Below are positions 28,501 through 42,905 of a DNA stretch of 64,000 nucleotides, piece by piece (positions within the stretch are counted from its first letter, which is position 1; every line of letters starts with the position of its first letter). Source of the DNA: Eledone cirrhosa (taxonomy: Eukaryota); contig OZ024741.1 of NCBI GenBank assembly GCA_964016885.1, positions 346,022,001 to 346,086,000 on the forward strand. The letters run 5' to 3'. Made by a program: the position numbers and the translations under genes. The notes beneath the pieces were generated by a model, which was not told the origin of the DNA, searched no databases, and saw only the letters and a program-made list of their open reading frames with translations.

Positions 28501-29129
28501 TTTCTTATATTTCTGTCTCAAATTCACCTATTTTCTATTTTCTATTATATCTTATGTTTCACTCTGATAACCAAGATTATAATTTGTGCTTCTCTAGCTT
28601 AAATTTTGACCTATCTTCAAATTTCTAAAGTTTCAAGTTTTCTAATATCACACTTTTTCTGTTATATTTTCAGGATTAATATTAAAGTTTGTATATTTTT
28701 CACATTTTTTCCGTTTGATTTATTTTAAAGATTTTTTCTCGTTTCTCTGATAAAATATTTACGCTATACGTCAATACCTGTTCGTGGAAATGTATGCATA
28801 TGTTATAAGAAAGATATTTCTTAAAATATTCACGTTGATATACTGGCAAAACATAATAGCAATACTGTCGATCAAAATCATTCCAGGCATGTTTGGTTAT
28901 AATGGAAAACGAGTGTTTCATAACAGGCAATGCGGTTTTTTGAGTCTACTAAGTATAATATGTAAACATGTCATCGGTAATTATTGATATAATGTGGCAC
29001 TTATATAATGGAATCAAATATTAAACATTATATATATCAGTTAGCAGATGTATAAATTGATATACTTATTACAGTTAGACATACACCTACCCGCGAACAT
29101 GCACACACATACACCACATACAGATATAG

Positions 29130-29242
<113 letters not shown>

Positions 29243-29269
29243 CACACACGCACATATATATATGCGAGT

Positions 29270-29352
29270 CCAGGATTCAATCTGTTGTAACCATGATGAA
29301 TTCCTCGAATGAAAGTTCTAGTCTTGTAGAAGCCATCTCTATATTAAATCTT
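29270..29352 (+). mobile_element. Tiny rearranged family A-like terminus with damaged hammerhead
   Basis: An inverted tail fragment (ttcaatc..tgtaacca) is fused to tgatga attc-ctc-gaat GAAA gttctagtcttg TA gaagcc..tatattaaa. Confidence 0.6.
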
Positions 29353-29360
29353 GCATATAC

Positions 29361-29447
<87 letters not shown>

Positions 29448-29559
29448 CATTTATATATGTATATATGTATATATATATATACCTGTATGTATACAGGTAT
29501 ACAGTCTTATAAATCATAGAAGCGCTGAGTGATTTCAATTTGTTGGAAATGTGGGACAT

Positions 29560-30430
29560 GGTGATTAAAATGTCAAACGATATACATCTCTAAAACACAG
29601 ACACACCAATAGCTGGACTTCAAATCATGCCATTCACATATATAAAACGCAACATTCCATAGTGTCTTGACAGAAAAATTTGTACCATTGTTGTGCATGT
29701 AAAGGACGGAAAGGGAAAACTTGCAGAACTCGGAGGATTTCTACTGAAACAAAAATATCCACCACATTTTATACAAGATTATATAAAATGGGCGAAACGA
29801 ATATATATAAAACAATTTCAGGTAGCACTAGAAAGAGGGAGAGAAGATCAAGATATAATGTTGTTATTGTGACACACAAACCGCATACTCTAAATATTTT
29901 AAAATTTACTAAATCACACATACCGATTATCAGAGAAAGTAATAAACTACAGGATGTAATTACTGATAAAAGTTTCATTCAAAGCAAATGATTAACAAAG
30001 ATCATGGAATAATTGTTAGCAAGGTCAAAGCTTGATTTAAATGGTGACAATCAAACTTTCACAGTGTAATAGCAATTGTTTTGGTATATGGCAGTTTACA
30101 CATGCTGGGCATTATATCAATAAAAAACGTGGAAGAAAAATATTTGCGAATTCAAAAGCAGGAATCTAATTTATTGTATCAGATGCCTGAATGGTGAAAA
30201 AAATATATAATGGCCAGACAGCAAACTCATTTTCAAAACACATGCGACTATACCGTCAACAGAATAGGGTCATGAATGTCAGAGAGGTCCCACTAAATGG
30301 GCATTTGGAAACATGATGTAATTTTATTATTATCATTTTATAAACATCATGATTCGTGAAATGAAAAGAAAGGCAATGAACAGAATCTTACTGAATGGTG
30401 CAAAACAGTTCTGAATCAACAATGATATTG
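29560..30430 (+). pseudogene. Heavily decayed PLE ORF (RT thumb to GIY-YIG)
   Basis: Fragments read LDFKSCH, FLLKQKYPPHFIQ and Y(N)GQTANSFSKHMRLYRQQ, with many stops and frameshifts. Confidence 0.65.
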
Positions 30431-30842
30431 ATCCGATTTGCTTTAATTTTATGTTCAATTGATGTATTCTGTAATTCATATTAACTGAGACTGTTTTATA
30501 GGTTTACACCTTTTGACCTATGTACGGCGTAAAAATGACATCCGTAATTCTAAAATATGAAAATGGTTATTAGATTATTTCTCTTAAACGACACTAAAAT
30601 CATATATATATATCATCACCCTATTAATATTCTACTGGCGATAAAACATTTGTCCTCACCATGCCAGATGCTGATGCGGGTGCGTGTTCCGTTTACAAAG
30701 ACGTACATGTAAAAGAGATATATTTTGTTAAATCATTTCTTGATATCAACGTCCCAACAATCTACCCTCTGCATTAGTGAATGGCTTTCCAATAAAAAAT
30801 AAAGCAACCGGACCAAACCATATTCTCAAGTGTTAAATTACT

Positions 30843-31030
30843 GGCGGTGGGTTGGCAGTACCGGTAGAGGGTCGGATGCCATGCTTTGCAGGATAGAGTT
30901 ACGTCCCTTTACGGTCTGAGTTCAAATCCCCCCGAGGTTAACTTTGTCTTTCATCCTTACAGGGTGGATAGAATAAAGCACCAGTAATACACTGGTATAA
31001 TAGTTGGCCTTGTGCCCAAAGTAGAAACAG
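30843..31030 (+). mobile_element. tRNA-derived SINE (major family)
   Basis: ggcggtgggttggcagtaccggtagag..gagttcaaatccc..tttcatccttac..ggccttgtgcccaaagtagaaac. Confidence 0.9.
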
Positions 31031-31557
31031 TTATATTACCTTATTCCATCTCGTAACACACAAGTGACTGTACCAATAAAGTAGCAAGTATATGTCTTTA
31101 CATCACATCTCAATATGTCTTCCATCGCTGTTGTCCAGCCTATCAGATCTATGTCATCACACAGAAAGCATGCGTTGACACATTAGCAACCGTATATAAT
31201 ATACAGAAATTTGAGCATGTACTGAAATCTCAGGTCCATATATGACATCTTTGGCTAAACAAATGTTTGTATGTAATTGTAATATTTGAAATATCATTTA
31301 TATTACAGCAACTTACGAAGGAATCGTTCCCCGTTTCAGAAGCAAACAAAAGAATGCGCTACTAATACATTATATAGAAGAAAAAACGGTTTAGAATTGA
31401 CTTTTACATGAAATATCATACGAAACTTTTCACAAACAAAGCCAATGAAAGAAATACACATACAACAGACACACATATATATATATATAACTTTTTTTAT
31501 GGCTAAGTGATGAGTCTTCTCACTCAAGTAGCTCACCTGTGTTCTCAACATCATTCG

Positions 31558-31590
<33 letters not shown>

Positions 31591-31939
31591 AAGTAAGTCC
31601 TTCATCAGTGACCCTCCAACCGTCCCAGGCATTTCATCGCTTTAAGGGCCATATACCTCAGGTTGGTGCGAACAACGGCTAAAAAAAGTCGTTGGGACAC
31701 GTAAATAAAGGGGACATTAGGGTGAACAAACAAAATGGTTTAAGCAACGGAAAGTGAGAAGAAAGAGACAAGTCCCAGATTTCTATGAATATAAACTCGG
31801 TGAAATCGTGAACAAGAGACAAAAGACCATCAAACCTGGTTGAAATGTGAGCAAGGAAGGAATTTCGCACAGGTCCAACGGGGGGAAGAATAAGGGGTCT
31901 GTTCTACGAATTCGGTAAACACAAGCTCTGCGAAGTCGC

Positions 31940-31988
<49 letters not shown>

Positions 31989-32096
31989 CAAATTTCATAC
32001 CGGCTTGACCAAGAACGCGCGAGAAAAGAAATCGGACAGGTCAAGCGGGAAGAAAGAGGAGGAAAGAGGAGGAGGAGGAGAGGTAGTGACAGAGAA

Positions 32097-32297
<201 letters not shown>

Positions 32298-32331
32298 ATA
32301 CATATATATATATATATATATATATATGTGT

Positions 32332-32413
<82 letters not shown>

Positions 32414-32417
32414 ATAC

Positions 32418-32457
<40 letters not shown>

Positions 32458-32470
32458 GTGTATATATATA

Positions 32471-32501
<31 letters not shown>

Positions 32502-32522
32502 GTGTATATATATATATATGTG

Positions 32523-32690
<168 letters not shown>

Positions 32691-32889
32691 CAATGATATT
32701 AAATAAATTGAAACTATATTTATAAAACCATATTTATTCTATATATATATCATAACAATTACATTTACAAGATAGAAACCGACATGGTTTTGCCGGTTTG
32801 AACTTAGATCATGTAACATTTTAAAAATCGAACAGATTCACCTATTATATATAATACAAATAAAAAAAAGACTGTCTTTGAAACCCTGA

Positions 32890-33025
32890 GGCAATACCAG
32901 AGACGCAATGAACTGGTTCACTAATCTAGGAGATAAATCCACTTATAATTTCATTCAATTTGACATAGAAGACTACTATTCATCTATTCCTCGCGTCGTT
33001 CTCAATAAGGCCTTTATATTCGTGA
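32890..33025 (+). pseudogene. Isolated PLE RT motif A fragment
   Basis: NWFTNLGDKSTYNFIQFDIEDYYSSIPRVVLNKAFIF matches the PLE RT motif A pattern F..FDI..FY.SI...LL..AL.FA. Confidence 0.75.
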
Positions 33026-33322
33026 TGCACAACCCATCTCCTCTCTACTATCACACTAACTTACTGTATTTTATGCTATTTATAACTTATTTACATTTCC
33101 TTCAACGAAAATCTCGTTACTGAATTTTATCTCATAGAGAACAGTTGAATTCCACTACTATGGGCTTTCTGATGAAGTGTAGCAAATAATTAAGTATTGC
33201 ATATGATTAAACAATAGTCAGCATACGTAGACAATTTATAATAGACAAAGAAACATATGTCAAAGCAAATAAATTCATAATCTCTTCGCGCCGACATCTT
33301 GCATTTCTTGGTGCAATACATG

Positions 33323-33369
<47 letters not shown>

Positions 33370-33423
33370 GGGGACAGCGAGAGAAAGAGGGATAGAGAGA
33401 GAGAGAGAGAGCGAGAGAGCGAG

Positions 33424-33483
<60 letters not shown>

Positions 33484-33859
33484 GGGAGAGCGTCATAGAG
33501 ATACATAGATAAATGGATAGAGGTACGGAGAGAAGGAAAGAAAGTATATGCTGGACTTAGATTTGCAGAGAACAGCAAACGACGAGGACAATATCGTCGA
33601 CTGTTAATCAGACACATAGAACATTAATTCGATTATACCAGCAATATCAAATACACCATCATTGAAATATATCGGATTAAAAGCGATATTGAAGTGGGAG
33701 ACGTTTTAAATTATTTCCGTATACTGTCAAATGTATTTCTTTTCTCAACAGAATCCATTTTTATAATTCTATTTCGTTACTTTATGTTGTGTAAGATTCT
33801 GATCATGTCTATCTCACTTCTGTTAGCTATGTATGCGTATATATACGTATAGACAGACA

Positions 33860-33908
<49 letters not shown>

Positions 33909-33934
33909 GCACGCACGCGCACGCACACACACAC

Positions 33935-34038
<104 letters not shown>

Positions 34039-34048
34039 GTATATATAT

Positions 34049-34313
34049 AACAAAGAAATGTGGTAAGGAACCAGATGGACCATAACGCACCAGAGTACTC
34101 AATACTTAGAATAGTAGAGTGGGAAATAGGAAAAAGTATGATCCCGACGGCAGAGCTCAAGCCGTTTCGATGGGTATTTCTGGACTAAATTAGAATTTTT
34201 AGCCTGGTGAATAAATAGCCCTATTTATTCACCAGGCTAAAAATTCTAATTTAGTCCAGAAATAGCCGTCGAAACAGCTTGAGCTCTGCCGTCGGGGTCA
34301 TACTTTTTCCTAT
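34049..34313 (-). mobile_element. Miniature fold-back PLE derivative D2
   Basis: 93-bp arms 34126-34218 and 34221-34313 with a 2-nt loop, plus a 77-bp tail. Contains gccgtc GAAA cRgcttgagctctgccg TC ggggtc. Confidence 0.85.
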
Positions 34314-34740
34314 GTATATATATATATATATATATACATACATACATAGTATATGTATGTAATTATATGTTAGTATATGTGAATGTAATTTTCTATATAT
34401 ATGTGAATATATAAATATATCATATATCATTATCTATAAAAGGCAGATTTTTGTGTCTGTATGTATGTTTCAATTTTATACATTTGCACAATTTCAAACC
34501 GATTCGACTGAATGTCTGTAAGAATGTTGTAAATGGTCTAACTTAGGTCAACGACTATTTATTTATTTCAAACTCACCCACAATTACGGAAATAATCGAT
34601 AAAACTAAATACATGACGCTTTACCCCTCTAATAGAATCTGCTTACCTCTCTCTACTCCCCTTAAAATTCGATAAAACTACATACATGCTGCAACTTTCT
34701 CTTATATACGCTTAAACTTACAAACTTCCTTTAGGAACGC

Positions 34741-34805
<65 letters not shown>

Positions 34806-35923
34806 TTTGTTTTTGAGTGTGGAACGGTCAAACATTTATTTACTTCAATGACAACAAAGATTAATACATTTCATACGAAACAACAATTATTCAAAAGCAA
34901 CAGATAAATTTATTCAACAACAAAAAAACAGCGATAAATCTTTTTTAAAACATCTCTCAACGAACATGGAAGAAAGAAGTATACAGTTTCCAAATTTAAG
35001 TATCCTATTAAGTATCCAAATTTAAGTATCCTATAAGATAGGATACTTAAATTTGGAAACTGTATATAACCGTATATATAAGGGACTCAATTGAAACACC
35101 TTTTAATGTATGTTGGAATAATAAATTTGGTTATAGAAATCAGCTAGTTACCTCCCCTCACGCATTAACTCCCCTAATAACACACATACTTCCGGAAAAT
35201 AAAGCGATGTAAATTCTCGCAACAGAAACAACCTGCTCTATAAAATTGGATTAAAGAACGCTGAGCCGCAACAAGCTGTAATAATTTAACTTAATACATC
35301 AAACATACAATACTGAATCATCGTTAATTATGTGAAGGACATATAAACTGTATATTACGTTTCCTGAATTGTGAAAATGGTGGTGTATACAAAAACCATA
35401 ACATTATTTTGCTTCCCATTTATAATATTTCTCTGCACACAAGCTTCTTTATCATACACAAAAAATACCTTACCACTACAACCTCTATAATACTCTTGAT
35501 TACCCGCTTAAAGTGCTTGTATTGCATATAACACCTTGCCGCACAATAATCATATATAAAAAAGACACACGTGCATGTCCTACGTGTACCTATTGCATGC
35601 AATAACTACTGCAACTGACTAACAAACTATCCTCTTGCATTATCTACGTTAACTGCCGATGTTGTATTTTAATTTTAATTTTGCTTTCATTCTGTTTTAA
35701 TATGATTTTAATTTTTGAATTTAAATTGACATTCAGAAATAATATAATGGATGTCACCCCACTGTGCATCAATATATACATATGTATCTGTATGTCTCTT
35801 GTGTTGGAAAGGAGGTCATGTATGTAAACAAACATTGAAAAATGCTCCGAAGACTCGAAACCTCGGTTTGGATGAAACAATTGTAAGCTAAGAAATGGTT
35901 TTTCAGAACTTTGATTCATGTGA

Positions 35924-35970
<47 letters not shown>

Positions 35971-36127
35971 ATACTTTGGAGGGTCATGTTGCCAATAAGA
36001 AACACACGCACCAGTTGCTTTCACTTCAATTTATTATATATTTATAAATTTATAAATTTACAAATCTACAGACTTATAAATTTCTGGTTGGTTGGTTGGT
36101 TCCACAACCAGATAGTTGTTTATATAT

Positions 36128-36172
36128 AGTCATAGTCCTTTCGTCACACACTCTATGACCTCTTCAGTGACT
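36128..36172 (-). ncRNA. Type I hammerhead, family B (inverted arm)
   Basis: Reverse complement agtca CTGAAGA g gtcata-gagtg-tgtgac GAAA ggac TA tgact. Confidence 0.7.
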
Positions 36173-36721
36173 GGGGATTCCTTTCTTTGTTTCTGTGCCT
36201 TTCCTTTCTTCTGTCCTACGCCATTTTGTTTCTGTGTGTGTGTTGTGTGCTCAGTTTGCGCATGCGCCACATCCGGGTGTCTGTGTGTGTTTGTGTTCAT
36301 TTATCTATTTGTTTATTTATTTACATGTTGTTGGTTGGTTGTTTGTTCTATGTGTGTGTGTGTTTTCATTTTGTCCTTAATTGTAAGTTGTGATGTTGCT
36401 GTTCCACTCATATTTTCTATTTAATTTTGGTTGTAATTCTTTTATGCTTACTGCCTCTGTAATTTGCCTAAACATTGCATCTTTTCTGTGTGTGGATTCT
36501 ATTTTTATTTCTATGTTCTCTAATTTACCCTTGTGTTCTATCTTAGCATGTTGGTAGAGTACAGATGATTCTTTATTATCTTGAAGGTCTCGCCAGTGTT
36601 CATTTATCCGTTCCCCTATACTACGAGCTGTCTCACCTATGTACACTATATTTTTGTTTCTACATTGTCCTTCAGTACATCTTATGCTATACACTACATT
36701 TCTAGTTTTACAGTAAATATG

Positions 36722-37776
36722 GGAAAGCATCCAGCAAATAGCAAACTCCATCCACCAGAGCATTAGAGTTACTATAGACTACCCAAGTAGACACCCCAAC
36801 CATCGATTACCTGTACTAGACACAGAGCTCTGGTTAGATACCATTAACAACCAAAAACAAATCCTCCATTCCCATTATGCCAAACCCATGACTTCCAAAT
36901 ATCTGATCCACCGAAACTCGGCCATTTCGGACCATACCAAAATCAACATACTGAATTCGGATTTGGTACGGGTGATGAGAAATGTGTCCCGCATGTGCAA
37001 CCCCGAAGAACTGGAGAGACACATACAACACTTCATCCACTGTATGCAGTTCTCTGGCTACAATCAGAGATAGAATCAGAGTGTATAGAGGAGCCAGAAC
37101 CAAATGGGAAAAAATGGTAAATAATGACATAAATGGGACCTGCCCCTTGTATAGGAGCAAATTTTGGAATAGAATAGAAAGAACTAGAAACAAAGCCAAT
37201 AGAATAAACTCATGGTATGATAGCAATAAATACCAGAGTGTAATGTTCATCAATACAACCCCTAGAGGCGAACTAGCCTACAAATTTAGAATGGCCCTAA
37301 ATAAACATAAACTCAATATTAAGATAGTAGAAAAACCAGGTACCTCCGTAAAAACACTTATTAGCAAGACATACCCATTCCAAAGACCCTCATGTATAGA
37401 TAAGAAATGTATAACCTGTAAAATAAGCCCCCATATTAACTGTAAAACTAGAAATGTAGTGTATAGCATAAGATGTACTGAAGGACAATGTAGAAACAAA
37501 AATATAGTGTACATAGGTGAGACAGCTCGTAGTATAGGGGAACGGATAAATGAACACTGGCGAGACCTTCAAGATAATAAAGAATCATCTGTACTCTACC
37601 AACATGCTAAGATAGAACACAAGGGTAAATTAGAGAACATAGAAATAAAAATAGAATCCACACACAGAAAAGATGCAATGTTTAGGCAAATTACAGAGGC
37701 AGTAAGCATAAAAGAATTACAACCAAAATTAAATAGAAAATATGAGTGGAACAGCAACATCACAACTTACAATTAA
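36722..37776 (+). pseudogene. 5'-truncated PLE ORF: RT C-terminus, Zn-finger linker and GIY-YIG (possibly Naiad-type)
   Basis: RLPVLDTELW..HYAKPMTS..FSGY, frameshift near 37070, then PLYRSKFW..C...C..C..CKTRNVVYSIRC..YIGETARSIGERINEH..RQITEAV.I..LNRKYEWN. Confidence 0.9.
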
Positions 37777-37980
37777 GGACAAAATGAAAACACACACACA
37801 CATAGAACAAACAACCAACCAACAACATGTAAATAAATAAACAAATAGATAAATGAACACAAACACACACAGACACCCGGATGTGGCGCATGCGCAAACT
37901 GAGCACACAACACATACACAGAAACAAAATGGCGTAGGACAGAAGAAAGGAAAGGCACAGAAACAAAGAAAGGAATCCCC

Positions 37981-38025
37981 AGTCACTGAAGAGGTCACAG
38001 AGTGTGTGACGAAAGGACTATGACT
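37981..38025 (+). ncRNA. Type I hammerhead, family B
   Basis: agtca CTGAAGA g gtcaca-gagtg-tgtgac GAAA ggac TA tgact, located about 200 nt after the ORF stop. Confidence 0.72.
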
Positions 38026-38306
38026 ATATATAAACAACTATCTGGTTGTGGAACCAACCAACCAACCAGAAATTTATAAGTTTGTAGATTTGTAAATTTA
38101 TAAATTTATAAATATATAATAAATTGAAGTGAAAGCAACTGGTGCGTGTGTTTCTTATTGGCAACATGACCCTCCCAAAGTATAACAATATCGGTTTCAA
38201 CACACGATTTTAGATAAAGAATCTTGCTAAACAAATTCAGAAACGAAATATATATATATATATACTTACATAAATACATACCTTCATACATACATACATA
38301 CATACA

Positions 38307-38342
<36 letters not shown>

Positions 38343-38781
38343 TATAAATATATATATATACATACTTACATACATACCTCCATACATACCTCCATACATA
38401 CATACCCACATACATAGATACATACATATATACGCACATTAACGCACGTACAAAGCACCCGCACACAGGCAGATATACAGAAACACTCCACCCACACAGA
38501 CACACATATATACAAATATAATGGTAGATTATTTGAATGTAAGTCATTGACGAAAATGAATCAACAGCAACATCCAGTGCAACAGGAAAAACTCATAAAA
38601 TCAATAACAATAATAGTTGAGAAATAAAACATTTGCTATTAATAAAAATAGAAATAATACAACATTAACGGCAACGAGTACTTTTGTGTAATATGATAGA
38701 GGAAATAATTAATGACAATAACAATGGTGCTGAAAACAAATTAGTATACACTCACGTATACATACAGACAGACAGATACAC

Positions 38782-38877
<96 letters not shown>

Positions 38878-38962
38878 ATATATATATATATGCGTACATA
38901 CAAACACTCACGCACACACACACACACACACACACATACACACACACATATATATATGTGTG

Positions 38963-39026
<64 letters not shown>

Positions 39027-39175
39027 TATATATATATATTTATATATATACATATACATATATATATTTATTTATTTACTTATTTATGGGCATAAGAGTG
39101 TACAATAAAGTGCTTTGTCGTATAGAAGACGAAGGAAAAAGACAGCTCTATTTTATCAACAGTGCTAATATTAAT

Positions 39176-39352
39176 TGTTTCTACTTTTGGCACAAGCCCA
39201 GCAATTATCCAGTGCATTACTGGTACTTTATTTTATCGACCCCATAAGGATGAAAGGTAAAGTTAACCTTGGCGGGATTTGGACTCAGATCGTAAAGGGA
39301 CGTAACTACGCTGGAAAGCATGTCCGACCCTCTACCGATACTGTCAATTCAC
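39176..39352 (-). mobile_element. tRNA-derived SINE (major family)
   Basis: Reverse complement of the major SINE consensus. Confidence 0.88.
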
Positions 39353-39646
39353 CAATAATGTCTGCTCGATACTGTTGTTCGTTACCTGAGGTTTTAAAGC
39401 AGCCTCTGTTGTGGCCATACTTTTCTTATGATCCTACTTGATAGGCTTGTAGATAAATGGCTGCTGTTCGTTCTTATGCGGGTAATTGATTTGGGTATCT
39501 TATTGTTATTCAAAGTCTATTCATGTATTTAGATGCATTTAATTATACATGTATTCATATATATATTGGATATATTTTATTGCTGTAATTATGACCCCTT
39601 GGATATTTGGTGCATTGTGGTGGGATTGGTTGGAACCAATATGCTT

Positions 39647-39710
39647 ATGTGAAGCATTTTGTGAAACATTTTGTGAAACATTTTGTGAAACATTTTGTGA
39701 AACATTTTGT
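39647..39710. repeat. 12-bp tandem repeat (gtgaaacatttt) x about 5
   Basis: Directly visible; translates as repeated CETF. Confidence 0.9.
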
Positions 39711-39717
39711 GTTCGTT

Positions 39718-39943
39718 GGCCTCAACCCATTCCGCGAAAGCACACACCAACCCATACCTAAAAGTTTCCTGACCTCAACATGACAAACCATAAATATCAT
39801 ACAGATAAAACTACACACGCATACACTATCTGATTCAGTGTGTGTGTGTACTTTTATCTGTGTGATATTTATGGTTTGTCATGTTGAGGTCAGGAAATAT
39901 TTAGGTATGGGTTGGTGTGTTTTTTGCGGGTGGGAGTGAGGCC
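39718..39943. repeat. Imperfect ~225-bp palindrome (MITE-like or fold-back)
   Basis: ggcctca..cacaccaacccatacctaaa..tttcctgacctcaacatgacaaaccataaatatca is mirrored by tgatatttatggtttgtcatgttgaggtcaggaaa..tttaggtatgggttggtgtg..tgaggcc. Confidence 0.85.
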
Positions 39944-40451
39944 GACATAGAGAATTAAACTTGGTATATATTGACTGGATGTTGAAACATTTTCAAAATA
40001 CCCTCACAATGCTTTAATATGGCGTAAAAAATAATCATTTTGATAACAACAACGAAGGGAATTCTCATGGGGAACACGAGGAACAAGAAATTTAGGAAAT
40101 ATTTTAATCGTACATATTTTAGTTACACAGAAAGCACGAAATAAGACACGCGGATAGATATACCGACTTGGAGAAACTTAAAATAACGTGAGCTGATCTA
40201 AAGATATGCTACTATATATAAGGAAAGTTTTCTTTTTAAAATATGACTTGTTTCTCGAGGAGAAAAGCTTTATATTAATGTATCCTTCATTCTTCAGTAA
40301 ATGGCTTCAGTCACAGTACTATTATAAATCTATATTGATAAAAGTAGGATTGATTAAATAAATATATGTATTACAATCTCTCCTGTATCATTGATGTAAA
40401 GAGAACTTTTGACAGACAATAATGTTTTAGTATTAGTTTCAAACATGCTGC

Positions 40452-40839
<388 letters not shown>

Positions 40840-41647
40840 GGGGTTGGACTGAATAGTTTAGAGTTTGACTGTGAAGGAGAGATGCTAGAGCTGTGAAATC
40901 TTGCATGCATTCATTTCAACTCTTCTTATTAATAACAGCATTGATTGCTTCCAGATAATCTGGCATATGAATGTTCAAAGAAGGTTTCAACAGTAACTAA
41001 TAGCGACTTCTTTTGCAAATGATCAAAATATGGCATCGCTGTGTCACCAAGAACCTGCAGAAAAATGTATGTAGCCTCCATGGACATTTATGCTGACATT
41101 ATGAGATAACGCTCCAGCATTTATATTTGCTTCATTATATAATTTGTGTAAATCACCACCATTACCAAGGTATTTATATTATAGATAAACAGGTAGTTCG
41201 ATATAATTTGCTATCGTTCTTCTTTATCCAAAATAGATACATTCATAAATATACAAATATTTCCCCCCAGGATGATAGACGGATAAATAGAGGGATTAGT
41301 AAATAGATCGATAAATAGATTGACCTATATATATATAATCATACACACAAACACACCTACACATAGACACAAACACACACACACAACACAAACACGTATA
41401 TATACATATATATATATATGAGTAGAGAAGATGTGAAATTACCATTTATAAAAGAAATCAAGAATAAAGTGGTTGTCATGTGACAGTAATCTTTTGTTAT
41501 AGAGATATGTGTGTATGTATTTAGCTATCAATCTCTCTCTATATATATGTATAAGTACTCATATATATACATACATGTTTGTATATACATATATATGGGG
41601 CAGTGCGTGTGTTTACGTTTATGGACGTATAGTTCTATGTATATATT

Positions 41648-41681
<34 letters not shown>

Positions 41682-42233
41682 AAATAGAAATGGTTGTGTA
41701 GTTGCTATTTACGGTAACTTAAAATGCAGTGGGAATACAAAGAAAGCAAGAACAGGGGTGGGGGGTGGGGGTGAGTTTCCCTCATCGGTTGTCTACTGGG
41801 GGGGGGGGGGGGGTATTTCTACCCTTTAAAGACAAGATACCATTTCACGCCAGGGCGTCAATAGCTGGATAAGTTATTGGGAAAACGAAGGAAGGAGGGA
41901 AGGAAAGCAAAGGGTAAGAAAAGAGAGGCAATAACAAAACAGCGGAAAAAAAAAACACAAACTGAACAACGTGCGAGCAACTGTAGGTAGGGAATCCAAG
42001 ACCACTCGATAAAAGAACTTAAGTTCGAGACCGAGTAATCGAGAGAAAGAAGACACACGTCTGATGGCCGCAGTTGTAAGTGAGAAGAGAACTGCTAAAC
42101 GGTCAGATGAAGGGGTGAAAGTGAGAGCGAGAAAGATATATATATATATATATTTATAAAGGACGTAAAATAAGAAAATATTTTTTAAAAAAAAATTAAA
42201 AAAAAATTTTTTTTTTTATTTACTTAAATTTTC

Positions 42234-42315
42234 ACTCCAACTAATTAGTTTCTGCAATGGGATAAAGACAGTTACGTAATCCAACTGTCGAGAATTCATT
42301 GCGTCATCAGGGAGT
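42234..42315 (-). ncRNA. Type I hammerhead (inverted copy of the 566-bp unit)
   Basis: Reverse complement of 42824-42905. Confidence 0.82.
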
Positions 42316-42823
42316 CTATTCTCAGTTAAGTCTCCAGGCAATGCGCGGACACTGGCGGCTCATATAAAAATAATAATAATTCGGTAGATCGAACAGCTTG
42401 CGAGGACTGGATTCTATGTACCGAAATTCTCACTGCTTCAAGTCAAATGGCCGATTCTAAAGAATCAATCACGTGACACAGAGGCTAGTTAGAAGGAATG
42501 GGATGGTAAGATGACTGACGCCTACTAACACCCCCAAAAAAAAAAAAAAATTTTTTTAGAAGTGGTTTTGACAAGTTTGCTCGACAAAAAATTTTTTTTT
42601 TTTTGGGGTGTTAGTAGGCGTCAGTCATCTTACCATCCCATTCCTTCTAACTAGCCTCTGTGTCACGTGATTGATTCTTTAGAATCGGCCATTTGACTTG
42701 AAGCAGTGAGAATTTCGGTACATAGAATCCAGTCCTCGCAAGCTGTTCGATCTACCGAATTATTATTATTTTTATATGAGCCGCCAGTGTCCGCGCATTG
42801 CCTGGAGACTTAACTGAGAATAG

Positions 42824-42905
42824 ACTCCCTGATGACGCAATGAATTCTCGACAGTTGGATTACGTAACTGTCTTTATCCCATTGCAGAAACTAATTAGTT
42901 GGAGT
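42824..42905 (+). ncRNA. Type I hammerhead with extended stem II
   Basis: actcc CTGATGA c-gcaatg..gacagtt-ggattacgt-aactgtc..cattgc-a GAAA ctaattag TT ggagt. ACTAATTAGT palindrome; predicted cut after 42900 (GUU). Confidence 0.85.

Larger units (their letters stand above)
35963..38250 (+). mobile_element. PLE family B insertion with inverted 5' arm (35963-36723 mirrors 37430-38191) and 59-bp tail
   Basis: The GIY-YIG peptide is encoded on both strands (ORFs 36377-36763 minus and 36982-37776 plus); flanked by TA runs. Confidence 0.92.

Noticed and set aside
30843-30930. tRNA genes
   Set aside because: The A/B boxes belong to SINE heads; there is no full cloverleaf and each continues into the SINE core.
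31586-31670. Additional hammerheads from CTGATGA/CTGAAGA hits at about 31600 (minus), 23700 (minus) and 33168 (plus)
   Set aside because: I could not complete stems I-III with a correctly placed GAAA and NUH.
34432-35620. A further complete Helitron
   Set aside because: The head looks Helitron-like, but I found no clear 3' hairpin plus CTRR end.
36722-37776. Selenocysteine recoding as reported for some Naiad PLEs
   Set aside because: The interruption is a frameshift next to TAG, and family A has TAA; I saw no in-frame TGA at conserved Cys positions.
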